From: Prochlorococcus sp. AG-418-F08
GTDB lineage: Bacteria; Cyanobacteriota; Cyanobacteriia; PCC-6307; Cyanobiaceae
Reading direction: 5' to 3'
Assembly: GCA_003214295.1 (NCBI GenBank)
Contig: QCLV01000005.1
Coordinates: forward strand, 3,312-67,311
DNA: 64,000 nt
In this document: positions 49,523-58,064 of the stretch, piece by piece
How positions within the stretch are numbered: the stretch's first letter is position 1
Layout of the letters: each line of letters starts with the position of its first letter
Notes under the pieces: generated by a model
Told to the model about the DNA's origin: nothing
Database searches by the model: none
Seen by the model: the letters and a program-made list of their open reading frames with translations, nothing else
Made by a program: the position numbers and the translations under genes

Positions 49523-50115
49523 TTAAATAATTTTTTCAGAATGTGATCTATATCAGTGTTTTTTTCAATAATGAATTTATTTGTATTATTTTTTATGCTA
49601 TTAGGTTTGAATTTTTTATAATAAATGATCCATGATTTTAAGAAATCATTCTCAGCTTGTTTTTTATTCTTCCCCCTTTCTTTTATATCTCTTTGGACAA
49701 CTCTTTTCATGCACTCATCTTTTTTAGTTTTTATTTCTAAAAAAATATAATCATTATTATCTAAAGTATTTGAGAATTCTTTAGCAAATATACCCTCAAC
49801 AATTAAATAACTAATATTCTTTGTTTCGCTTAAGATATTTTGAATTGTTTTCTTTTCAAAATTATAATAGCGATCACAGATTGAAACTCCATTCTCGTAA
49901 ATAAAGTCAAAATCTTTTTTGAATAGTTTGTTATTAAAACTAATACTTCTATCAAAAAAACCTTCTACAAATTTTTGTAGTAATTTACTTATTAACCCTG
50001 TCTTATAGTAATTGTCGGTACTTAACACAATACCATTTTTATTTTTTTTTATTATTTGATTTGATAAAGTTGTTTTCCCGCTTCCGGAAGGTCCACTTAT
50101 AAAAATAACCTTCAT
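49519..50115 (-). CDS. uridine kinase / phosphoribulokinase family P-loop kinase
   Basis: ISGPSGSGKTT, TDNYYK, IVEGIF, R...RD..ERG. Confidence 0.8.
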   Translation of the reverse strand: MKVIFISGPSGSGKTTLSNQIIKKNKNGIVLSTDNYYKTGLISKLLQKFVEGFFDRSISFNNKLFKKDFDFIYENGVSICDRYYNFEKKTIQNILSETKNISYLIVEGIFAKEFSNTLDNNDYIFLEIKTKKDECMKRVVQRDIKERGKNKKQAENDFLKSWIIYYKKFKPNSIKNNTNKFIIEKNTDIDHILKKLFN

Positions 50116-50380
50116 TTTATGATCTATTCTTTAATAAGATCTTAACTTTACTATTAATAATTACCTTTAAATTTTGAATATACATTTTATCTTTTTTTAG
50201 TTTTTAAAATAATTTAGAATACCCTGCAATGGCTAGTAAGCTTGCATAAATATTAAATGTGTGTCTTTATGTAATTGTAAATAAATTATTTCTATTCAAT
50301 TAGTTATTGTCTAGTTATTAATTCCTCTGGAATTTGATAATATTAAATTGAAGAGCTAATTTTATTACTTATATATTGCA

Positions 50381-50710
50381 ATGATTTCTAAATTTCTCAG
50401 CAAACTAAAATCAATTTTATTTAAAAGTGCAGTAACTCCTGAAACTCCTTTAAAGAAAGAAAAAAAAGCAGCAAAGTCTGCAAAAACAAAAACAAAAACA
50501 AAAACAAAAACAAAAACCAAAGCAGTAAATTCTAAGAAAAATATTGAAACTTTGACTACACTTCCAGGTGTTGGAGCAAAAAGCGCAAAAGCTTTGTATG
50601 AGGCTGGATTTAAAACAACAAAGGCAGTTATCGCTGCTGATGAAAAAGATCTTCTAGCTGTTTCAGGAGTTGGAATAAATCTTGTTAAGAAGCTTAAAAA
50701 GCTTAAATAG
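50381..50710 (+). CDS. basic helix-hairpin-helix DNA-binding protein
   Basis: LPGVGAKSAKAL and VSGVG HhH pair after a Lys-rich linker. Confidence 0.8.
   Translation: MISKFLSKLKSILFKSAVTPETPLKKEKKAAKSAKTKTKTKTKTKTKAVNSKKNIETLTTLPGVGAKSAKALYEAGFKTTKAVIAADEKDLLAVSGVGINLVKKLKKLK
50481..50517 (+). repeat. (CAAAAA)6 microsatellite encoding (KT)n
   Basis: Direct hexamer repeat within the HhH gene. Confidence 0.85.
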
Positions 50711-50782
50711 TTAAATTTTCTTTAAACTTCTATAAAATTAATAATATTAGAGATTTACAAAATCTTTATAAGTTCTAGGAGA

Positions 50783-50959
50783 TTATCTTCTTCTTGCTTT
50801 TCTTCTCTGTTGTAACTTTCTTTTGTATTTTTCAATAGGAGTTTCGTGATGCCTAAGTCTTTTTAAATCTGCAAAGATTCCAGATTTAGAGACTTGTCTT
50901 TTAAATCTTCTAAGGGCTGACTCAATTCCCTCGTTCTCTCCAACGGTTACCTGTGTCAA
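50783..50959 (-). CDS. rpsU: 30S ribosomal protein S21
   Basis: TTG start; [47 protein letters not shown]; not in ORF track. Confidence 0.95.
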
Positions 50960-51044
50960 AATTTTCTAAATAAATATTATTCTAGCACCTCAATAGATAA
51001 ATTTAAAATTCAACTTCAACTCAAGAATTGATGGTTTATATAGC

Positions 51045-51503
51045 TTATTTTTTTGCCCACTCAACAAATCTTTTTTTATTACTTTTTATATCTTGTAATG
51101 ATTCAAAATAATATTTTTCCCAATCATCTTTAGGCAGTCCAAGAAATAACATTAGATTTAATGGGTATTGATCGCTATCGGAACAATTTCTAAAATCATC
51201 TCTGAATAAAAAGATTTCCTTTTTTAGAGCAATCGCGATACCCAATTCAATCATTACACCTTCATCTGGTGGATTTCCATTAACAATCGCAAAAATACAA
51301 TCACATTCTTTTAAATCATGGAAATTACTTCTTGCAACTTCATATGCCCATTCACTTTCTTGTTGTGTTAAAGGTTTTGCTCTCTCAAAAGGTTCAAATA
51401 CTTCTACATTTAAATCATCGAAGATTTCAATAAATTCATGTAAGAGAGTTTTAGTTTGTTTTGAAAATCCATATGGATTTGCCAAATATAATTTCTTTTT
51501 CAA
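51045..51503 (-). CDS. nucleoside 2-deoxyribosyltransferase family protein
   Basis: LYLANP.GF, D...CD.I.A, PDEGVMIELG.A.A, NLM. Confidence 0.85.
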   Translation of the reverse strand: MKKKLYLANPYGFSKQTKTLLHEFIEIFDDLNVEVFEPFERAKPLTQQESEWAYEVARSNFHDLKECDCIFAIVNGNPPDEGVMIELGIAIALKKEIFLFRDDFRNCSDSDQYPLNLMLFLGLPKDDWEKYYFESLQDIKSNKKRFVEWAKK

Positions 51504-51895
51504 CTTAAACCTCTTTTTTTGATGTACTCTTCGCGGTCACCTTTTGAATTTAAAGTATTTTCCCAAGGGAAAACAATCCAATGGCTTTTTTTTGATAAAA
51601 ATACTGTATTCCACCATGTAGGTTTAATCTTACTGAATAATACAAAAAACATTGCTCCTTCAATATCTTTGAAGGTCGTTAATGTAAGACCAGTTTCATA
51701 AACATCATCTACTATTAGTGAATTTTTTATTGGTTTTGAAATTAATTCAATTTTTAATTTATGGCTTAGTGCTACAGCAAGACATAATCCACCCCGAGGA
51801 ACTCCATATATTCCTGAAAACTCCTTAAACTTACATTTATTAGCTATATCTTCAACGGCCTTATCAAATTCGCTCCAAGTAAAATAATTTATCAT
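51500..51895 (-). CDS. type I phosphoribosyltransferase
   Basis: GVPRGGL, LIVDDVYETGLTL PRPP motif, WIVFPWE; start set to 51895. Confidence 0.85.
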   Translation of the reverse strand: MINYFTWSEFDKAVEDIANKCKFKEFSGIYGVPRGGLCLAVALSHKLKIELISKPIKNSLIVDDVYETGLTLTTFKDIEGAMFFVLFSKIKPTWWNTVFLSKKSHWIVFPWENTLNSKGDREEYIKKRGLS

Positions 51896-51896
51896 T

Positions 51897-52082
51897 CTAA
51901 TTCTTATTATTTTTAGTAGTAGTTGCGAAATTTGATGCAATTACACTTAAAAGTGCTACCACCTGCTCATTAGGACAATTAGTATTTTTTTTTAGATTCT
52001 CACATTCTTTTATTATGTTGGCGTAAGTATCTTCCACAATTCCATTCATTTGATCGTTACTAAAAGAATATGGTTTATTCAT
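51897..52082 (-). CDS. small hypothetical protein
   Basis: 61 aa, directly upstream of the PRTase. Confidence 0.6.
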   Translation of the reverse strand: MNKPYSFSNDQMNGIVEDTYANIIKECENLKKNTNCPNEQVVALLSVIASNFATTTKNNKN

Positions 52083-52155
52083 CTTGAATGATTAAATATT
52101 CTTATTTTTACTTAAATGTCCTACGAAGTAAATATATTGATTAATAAAAATCAAA

Positions 52156-52659
52156 TTATTTCCACATCGGGTCATTTAGTTTCTCAAGCTTAAGTGAATT
52201 AGGGACATAATTATGTAAAGTTTCAATTTCTGTAGCCCATTTTTTAGAGTTTCCCTTTAAACTTCCACCTTCAATTAGATTCCTCAAGGAAATTCTTTTT
52301 CTAACTTTAAGAAGACCTAAACAAGTTTCCCAAGCTTCTTTATTTTTGTAAATATCTAACCAAAAATCAAAAATACTTTCCAATATGTCTAATGGGATAT
52401 CAAAAGAAATTCCCATTGAAGGTCTTTCAATTAAGTAATTCTTATTTTTTAGTGCATTTAATAAATTATTTATGTTTAAATTAATGGCGAAAAGAATAGC
52501 TTTTGCAGATTCATTTCCGATTAATTCTTTTCTATGGCAATCTAAAAGATTTTTATCGTCAAGAATATATTCATCACAATTTTTGATTCCTATAATCCAA
52601 AAACCTTCCCCCTCCTTATGTCCACTAGCAAGGAATAGATATTGAGGCGAATTCTGCAA
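52156..52659 (-). CDS. conserved hypothetical protein
   Basis: 167 aa, LDCHRKELIG and WETCLGLLK motifs. Confidence 0.65.
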   Translation of the reverse strand: MQNSPQYLFLASGHKEGEGFWIIGIKNCDEYILDDKNLLDCHRKELIGNESAKAILFAINLNINNLLNALKNKNYLIERPSMGISFDIPLDILESIFDFWLDIYKNKEAWETCLGLLKVRKRISLRNLIEGGSLKGNSKKWATEIETLHNYVPNSLKLEKLNDPMWK

Positions 52660-52885
52660 AATTTCAAATCATTTCTTTATTTTTAACATTTTTTATCAGT
52701 TATGAAAAATATTTTTGTTTTTGAAATAGAAATATCAATTTCTCATAATAAAAATGAAGTTGTTAGACTAGATTTTTTATTAGGAATGTTTGATTTAAAA
52801 GAGTTAAAACTAATGTTTTTGGATCCTACCGATTTGATAATCAACAATATCAACAGATTTCTTTGCAGTAATAAAACAATTAAAC

Positions 52886-53113
52886 TTATTTTTTCTTAGG
52901 AAATAATTTCCCTATTTTCTCTTTTTGCAAAAACTCTTTTTTTGTTCTTAACTTTCTGTCTTCAAGCGATTCTTTGTTCGTGCTTACAGCATAAATAATA
53001 TAAAAAATCATGCCAGTAAAAATTAATCCTAAAAACAGAATAAATAACCCAATAGGTTGACTAGGACTAAAAATTTTAAGGTCGAAAGCTGTATTAAGGA
53101 AAATTATCATCAA
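52886..53113 (-). CDS. small membrane hypothetical protein
   Basis: One TM, basic tail. Confidence 0.55.
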   Translation of the reverse strand: MMIIFLNTAFDLKIFSPSQPIGLFILFLGLIFTGMIFYIIYAVSTNKESLEDRKLRTKKEFLQKEKIGKLFPKKK

Positions 53114-53146
53114 TTAATTCATTACTTAAAGTACTTTTTTATGAAT

Positions 53147-53368
53147 CTAATTGATTTCTTCGTAACCAAAGAATGAAGTGTTATCTGAATTTTTATACCC
53201 ATTAGCTGCTTCTTGTGGATTCTGACTATCAATTTTTCTTGCCTTTGCATGAATCATGTTAAATGGAAAAATGACAGCTCCAACGAAAAAATGAAGTATT
53301 AAAAAGTCGGAAGGAAGTCCATTTGTCCAGTCAGGGAAAAATAGTAATGTCATCAATGGTTCGTACAT
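53147..53368 (-). CDS. small membrane hypothetical protein
   Basis: 73 aa, one TM. Confidence 0.55.
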   Translation of the reverse strand: MYEPLMTLLFFPDWTNGLPSDFLILHFFVGAVIFPFNMIHAKARKIDSQNPQEAANGYKNSDNTSFFGYEEIN

Positions 53369-53528
53369 ATTAGTAATCAGATAAACCTCAGACTATTATT
53401 ACTGAACTTACTGCAATACTATTAATTTTTAATAAATTGAAATTTAATATTGCTTTTAAGAATTAAAAAATTCAATTGAAAAAACAACAAAAAGACTAAT
53501 ATGATAATTAGAGTATTGATTTGTAGCT

Positions 53529-53930
53529 TTGTTAAAGTTCTTATTTGTTTTATTTTTTTTAATAGTATGTTTTTTAAATCCTTTAACCATTTTGGCATTT
53601 GACTCATCGGATCCTAGTGTTAGTTTGCTTCAAAATAGAATCTCAAATAATTTCTCAAGAAAATATTGCAAGGCTGTTCAAAATGGTTTTTCTAAAGATG
53701 AAGCAATGAAGTCAGCTATTGTAAAAACAGAGAATATTATATCTTTTTCTTATAATCCACAAAAAAAATGGATTGAGAAAGATGACTTGGCTAATCAAAT
53801 TTCATTGCAAGTAGTAAATGATTGCGGAAGGTCATTTGGATTAATTGGAAAGGAAGGCGTTGAATATTTTAAATCGTATTTTCTAGAAATTTATGAAAAG
53901 ACAACCCCTGATAAAAATTTTTCTAGATAG
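53529..53930 (+). CDS. hypothetical secreted two-Cys protein
   Basis: Signal peptide; FSRKYC...G and NDCG. Confidence 0.65.
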   Translation: MLKFLFVLFFLIVCFLNPLTILAFDSSDPSVSLLQNRISNNFSRKYCKAVQNGFSKDEAMKSAIVKTENIISFSYNPQKKWIEKDDLANQISLQVVNDCGRSFGLIGKEGVEYFKSYFLEIYEKTTPDKNFSR

Positions 53931-53939
53931 ATTAAACAA

Positions 53940-54134
53940 ATGAATAATATTCCTGACAAATTGGTAATGTCTATAATCTTGATTACTATTCTATTTGTTT
54001 TTGGATTGATTTTTTCTGTGAAATCCCCAGAGAGAAAGGTTATAGATTCGCCAATAATGTGGAAAGATGATTATTCTAATATTTCAATTTTCAGGGGCTA
54101 TAAAATTAATAATGGGGAAAAAAGAATAATTTAA
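53940..54134 (+). CDS. small membrane hypothetical protein
   Basis: 64 aa, N-terminal TM. Confidence 0.5.
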   Translation: MNNIPDKLVMSIILITILFVFGLIFSVKSPERKVIDSPIMWKDDYSNISIFRGYKINNGEKRII

Positions 54135-54219
54135 ATACTATACCTACTAAATTAGAAAGTTAAATTGAAGCCAATAAACATTATTTTAAATAATTTTGCT
54201 CAATTAATTAATTTATTAT

Positions 54220-54561
54220 TTAATTTAAGTAGTTCAAAAGAACTGATGCAAGTTTTAAATCATCATTAAACCATGCTCTTATAGCCATAGCTCTTCTAGG
54301 ATCATAGAAATTTTGTTTTCTGTACCAACTAAGAACTTCAGAATCTGATTTTTTACCGTTACATGATAAACAACATGGTACGCAATTACTTGTAGTACTT
54401 GTACCTCCTTTTGATATAGGATGAAGGTGATCAAGTGATTCTGATGGATTCCCGCAATAAATGCAATTATATTTAGTAAGTTTATGAAGTGACTCTCTCC
54501 AGATTTTATTATTTATCTTGGGACAAAGCTGATCAAGGTAAATTGCATCTTGTTTATGCAT
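54220..54561 (-). CDS. HNH endonuclease family protein
   Basis: CIYCG...SLDHLHP.SKGG....NCVPCC..CN..K. Confidence 0.9.
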   Translation of the reverse strand: MHKQDAIYLDQLCPKINNKIWRESLHKLTKYNCIYCGNPSESLDHLHPISKGGTSTTSNCVPCCLSCNGKKSDSEVLSWYRKQNFYDPRRAMAIRAWFNDDLKLASVLLNYLN

Positions 54562-54685
54562 AATATTCTTGACATTTAATTATTGATATTAACAGTTTTT
54601 TTTTAACTATGATTGAAAATAAGGAGATAAGATCTTCTAGGTCCTAAGTTTCTTTTTAAAATAATAAATTTTCAAAAATTAGTTT

Positions 54686-55507
54686 TTGGATTTAATGATT
54701 TATTTATTAATAACTTTAGTTGATAGCGAATATCATTCATTATTTAAAAGTATTGCTATCTTTTTGATATCCTTCTTTTCTAATACATTTTCAGCAATTT
54801 CTGGTGGTGGAGCAGGATTATTACAATTGCCAGCTTTGATTTTATCTGGAGTTCCTTATTATCAGGCTCTGGCTAGTCATAAATTAGCAACAGTGGCATT
54901 AGGGATAGGTGGTTCATTAAGAAATTACAAATCTCTAAGAAATGATATATGTGTGGCTTGGCAAATATTAATTTTTGGATTACCAGGAGTGATTTATGGA
55001 ACTTCTATTGTTGAATATATATCAGAAAAATATTTATATTTATTTTTAGGATTAATTTCAATATTATTAGCTTTTTACTCGTTCTTTAAATCAGATTTAG
55101 GTTTGATATCTAATGATACTAAACTTAATTTAATTAAGAAAATTAGATTTTTAATTTTTATTTTTCTAATAGGGTTTTTGAATGGCTCTATTTCTTCTGG
55201 AACTGGATTGCTGGTAACAATACTTTTAATAAAAACCTTTGACATGGATTTTCTTCGAGCAATAAGTTTGACTTTCTTTACTGTTGGAATTTTTTGGAAT
55301 TTTATCGGGGCAATATATTTGAGTAAAATAGGAACAGTACCTCCAAATATATTAATCATATTGATAGTTGGTTCTTTTACAGGAGGGTATCTTGGTGCTC
55401 ATTTATCAAAAATAAAAGGGAATATAATAATTAAGAAATTTTTTACATCAGTTTGTCTTTTGGTTGGTATTAGCTTATTTGTTAAATCAATTAGAAGTTT
55501 TTTGTAG
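54686..55507 (+). CDS. TauE/SafE (TSUP) family membrane transporter
   Basis: SAISGGGAGLLQLP, ALASHK, GFLNG..SSGTG, GGYLGA. Confidence 0.85.
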   Translation: MDLMIYLLITLVDSEYHSLFKSIAIFLISFFSNTFSAISGGGAGLLQLPALILSGVPYYQALASHKLATVALGIGGSLRNYKSLRNDICVAWQILIFGLPGVIYGTSIVEYISEKYLYLFLGLISILLAFYSFFKSDLGLISNDTKLNLIKKIRFLIFIFLIGFLNGSISSGTGLLVTILLIKTFDMDFLRAISLTFFTVGIFWNFIGAIYLSKIGTVPPNILIILIVGSFTGGYLGAHLSKIKGNIIIKKFFTSVCLLVGISLFVKSIRSFL

Positions 55508-55508
55508 A

Positions 55509-55589
55509 TTAATTAATCGTTAATATCAAAATAGTTGTTGTAAGAAAAAGCCCCAAGATAGCTGTTGTGGTAAGTAACGATAAATTCAT
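55509..55589 (-). CDS. putative 26-aa hydrophobic microprotein
   Basis: MNLSLLTTTAILGLFLTTTILILTIN, preceded by an NtcA-type promoter. Confidence 0.4.
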   Translation of the reverse strand: MNLSLLTTTAILGLFLTTTILILTIN

Positions 55590-55605
55590 TTTACATTTAT
55601 TTAGA

Positions 55606-55646
55606 ATCATAAGGTTAAATGAATTACTAGTTGTATTGAGAAATAC
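55606..55646 (-). promoter_or_regulatory. putative NtcA-activated promoter
   Basis: GTATTTCTCAATAC (55646-55633), 21 nt, then TATGAT (55611-55606). Confidence 0.55.
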
Positions 55647-55681
55647 TTTTAGTAGAAACTTTGTTTCAAAATTACAACCAT

Positions 55682-55707
55682 AAAAAAAAGCCTCATGTGC
55701 ATGAGGC
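55682..55707 (-). terminator. orphan intrinsic terminator
   Basis: GCCTCAT-GCAC-ATGAGGC followed by T8 on the minus strand. Confidence 0.7.
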
Positions 55708-55977
55708 CAGGTGATGGGGAACCTTATTTTTAAACCAATTTCTCAAAAATTGCAACCCCCTATCTGTAGCGGAATTTAGTGAGTTGTTAAACACTACAGA
55801 TAGTGCTTTAGTCATCTCTATCTATATTATTCTTCTAATTTTGAAATGATTTTGTATTTTTCAATTACATACATAAATTAATTATCTCTAGCTTTTAAGT
55901 GTTTTTAAGTAATTAAACTTGTTAAAAATTCGATGCGTTGTATTATTCGTATGAACTTCGTAGGTTAAAAAGCTTTA

Positions 55978-56205
55978 ATGATTGAATTAACATTACTGAC
56001 TCTTTTGAACTATGTTGGTGATAATTTCTGTGAATATCGAAATTTAGGTTATGACAATTATAAATCTTTACTTCTTTCTTACAGCGATGCAAGTAACAAA
56101 TATGGACCATTAGAGGTTAAAAAGGTTATCGAGAAGTCTGAAAATTTCAAAGTTACGGCTGTGGCTATTGCTGCAATTAAGTGCCCCCAGCATATAATTA
56201 AGTAA
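55978..56205 (+). CDS. conserved hypothetical protein
   Basis: NFCEYR..G and terminal KCP. Confidence 0.65.
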   Translation: MIELTLLTLLNYVGDNFCEYRNLGYDNYKSLLLSYSDASNKYGPLEVKKVIEKSENFKVTAVAIAAIKCPQHIIK

Positions 56206-56471
56206 TGAAGTTTGAATTGAAAACTGAAAATGAAACTTATTCAAAGTCATTTTCAAAACTTATTTTTACTGTTTCTATTCTTGCGCTATTAATTGTCTTT
56301 TGTGATATTGCACTCAAATTAGGAATCATTTCAAGGCATTATCAGATTAACTACAAGTGTAGGCTTTTATCAGCCGAAAAATCCACATCTAATTTTAAGA
56401 AGTTGTCTACTTTATCTAAGTTAAAAAGTAAACAAAAAATTTGGGAATTTTGTAGACAAGTTGCTAAATAA
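56205..56471 (+). CDS. hypothetical membrane protein
   Basis: TAATG coupling to upstream ORF; one TM, two Cys. Confidence 0.6.
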   Translation: MKFELKTENETYSKSFSKLIFTVSILALLIVFCDIALKLGIISRHYQINYKCRLLSAEKSTSNFKKLSTLSKLKSKQKIWEFCRQVAK

Positions 56472-56478
56472 TATTTAG

Positions 56479-57273
56479 TTAGCTTGATGCTGAAGAATAA
56501 AATTTTAATGCGTATAACCAGAACTTTCTTGAAGTAAATAAAAATATTAAAGCAATGACTACTTCAAGCAATATTTTCCATAATTGAGAAAGACCTAAGA
56601 ATACTTCAGATGGGATTGTAGTTATAAACGCAATAGGAATGAAAACACTAAAAAATATTCTTAAAGATAATGAAAATGAATTTAAAGGAAATCTTCCAAT
56701 ATAAAGGAATGATCTTAGTACTTCTGTGGCATTCCATGTTTTAACGAACCAAATAGTAGTTGTTGAGATAAAAAACCATAAACTATATAAGATACAAATT
56801 GAGCAGATTATGGTAGTTAAACATAAAGTCAAAAAGATTAAATTTAAATTAATCTGATTTATTTTGATGCAGTATAACAATAAGCAAAAGCCAAGTATTA
56901 TTTCTAAAAAGCCAGATGGGTTGATTTTTTTTAGGGAGATATAAAATTGACTATCAATAGGTTTTAAAAGTACGAAATCTAAAGTTCCTTCTCTAATATG
57001 CTTAACTATTTCTGTAAGATTTGGATTGAACCATGTATTAGTTATTCCATTCAAAATTGTATAAATACCTTGAATTATTAGTGCCTGTTCAAAGTTCCAA
57101 CCTCCAATATAACCATCATTTTGAAAGAAAATAGATAATAGAAAGATACTCCCTATTAAACTTAAAATTGCAGTAATCAAATCAAATAATATATTGGTCT
57201 TATACTCCAGTTCAGAAGCCAAAGAAGTATGTAAAAATTTTTTATAAACTTTTAGATATTTTCTTAGATTCAT
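56479..57273 (-). CDS. ABC-2 type permease (DUF990 family)
   Basis: EYK.N, IREGTLDFVLLKPIDSQF, P.AF.T..P, Y.SASS. Confidence 0.85.
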   Translation of the reverse strand: MNLRKYLKVYKKFLHTSLASELEYKTNILFDLITAILSLIGSIFLLSIFFQNDGYIGGWNFEQALIIQGIYTILNGITNTWFNPNLTEIVKHIREGTLDFVLLKPIDSQFYISLKKINPSGFLEIILGFCLLLYCIKINQINLNLIFLTLCLTTIICSICILYSLWFFISTTTIWFVKTWNATEVLRSFLYIGRFPLNSFSLSLRIFFSVFIPIAFITTIPSEVFLGLSQLWKILLEVVIALIFLFTSRKFWLYALKFYSSASS

Positions 57274-58064
57274 GACCCCATAGCAGTATATTTTTTTGTA
57301 CCTTCAGACCAGATTTTTTTAAATAATGGGAAAAGTAAAAAAATCCATAGAATTTGCATACTTAAGCCTCCACTAATATTTGCTTCATTACCTGATAACA
57401 AGTTCGCAGGGAAATCAATTAGATATGGAAAAGGAGTTAAATAAATCCAAGATTTAACATATTCGGGAAATGAAACTACTGGAGCTAAAAGACCTGAAAG
57501 AAATAAGGTTGGAATAAATAATAATCTTTCAATCGATGATGCTTTCTCTGTCCAGAAACATAGACATGCAACTATTGACTGAATTAAAAATTGAATCAAG
57601 AAAGATAAAAAAGTCGATACTATCGATAAGAATAAAATGCCCAAATTTGGAATCCATATACTTTCTGGATTAAAAATAAAAAAGAAAAATACGATTATTA
57701 GTGCGAAGGGAAATCTTGTTATTTGTTCAGCAAGATGTTGTGCAAAATATCTGAAAAATGGATTTAGAGGTTGGATTAAATACGGAGATACTTTCCCCAT
57801 AAGAGAATCCTCTTCAAAGCTAAATACAACCCAAACTACAGAAAATTGTCTAACAAAAAAAGCACATAAGAAATACCTAGAAAGCATAATATCACTAATG
57901 TTTATAGATTCATTTAGATTATTATTTGTCCAAATGTTTAACATGAAAAAAGGAATAATCCCTGAAATTGCCCATAATGCAATCTCTACTCTATATTCCA
58001 ACATGTTTGAATATTGGACCTTTAATAAGGTGAGTACTTTACGATTAATTAATTTAGATATCAT
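57270..58064 (-). CDS. ABC-2 type permease (DUF990 family)
   Basis: LEYR, G..SPYL.QP, LSG.L.P, TPFPY..DFP, YTAMG. Confidence 0.85.
   Translation of the reverse strand: MISKLINRKVLTLLKVQYSNMLEYRVEIALWAISGIIPFFMLNIWTNNNLNESINISDIMLSRYFLCAFFVRQFSVVWVVFSFEEDSLMGKVSPYLIQPLNPFFRYFAQHLAEQITRFPFALIIVFFFFIFNPESIWIPNLGILFLSIVSTFLSFLIQFLIQSIVACLCFWTEKASSIERLLFIPTLFLSGLLAPVVSFPEYVKSWIYLTPFPYLIDFPANLLSGNEANISGGLSMQILWIFLLFPLFKKIWSEGTKKYTAMGS

Noticed and set aside
52702-52899. 65-aa plus-strand ORF
   Set aside because: No motif and overlaps the 3' end of the opposite-strand ORF; coding status not supportable
54220-54561. HNH gene as a mobile homing endonuclease or Cas9/IscB relative
   Set aside because: Only 113 aa, no RuvC part, intron or terminal repeats; fits a stand-alone chromosomal HNH
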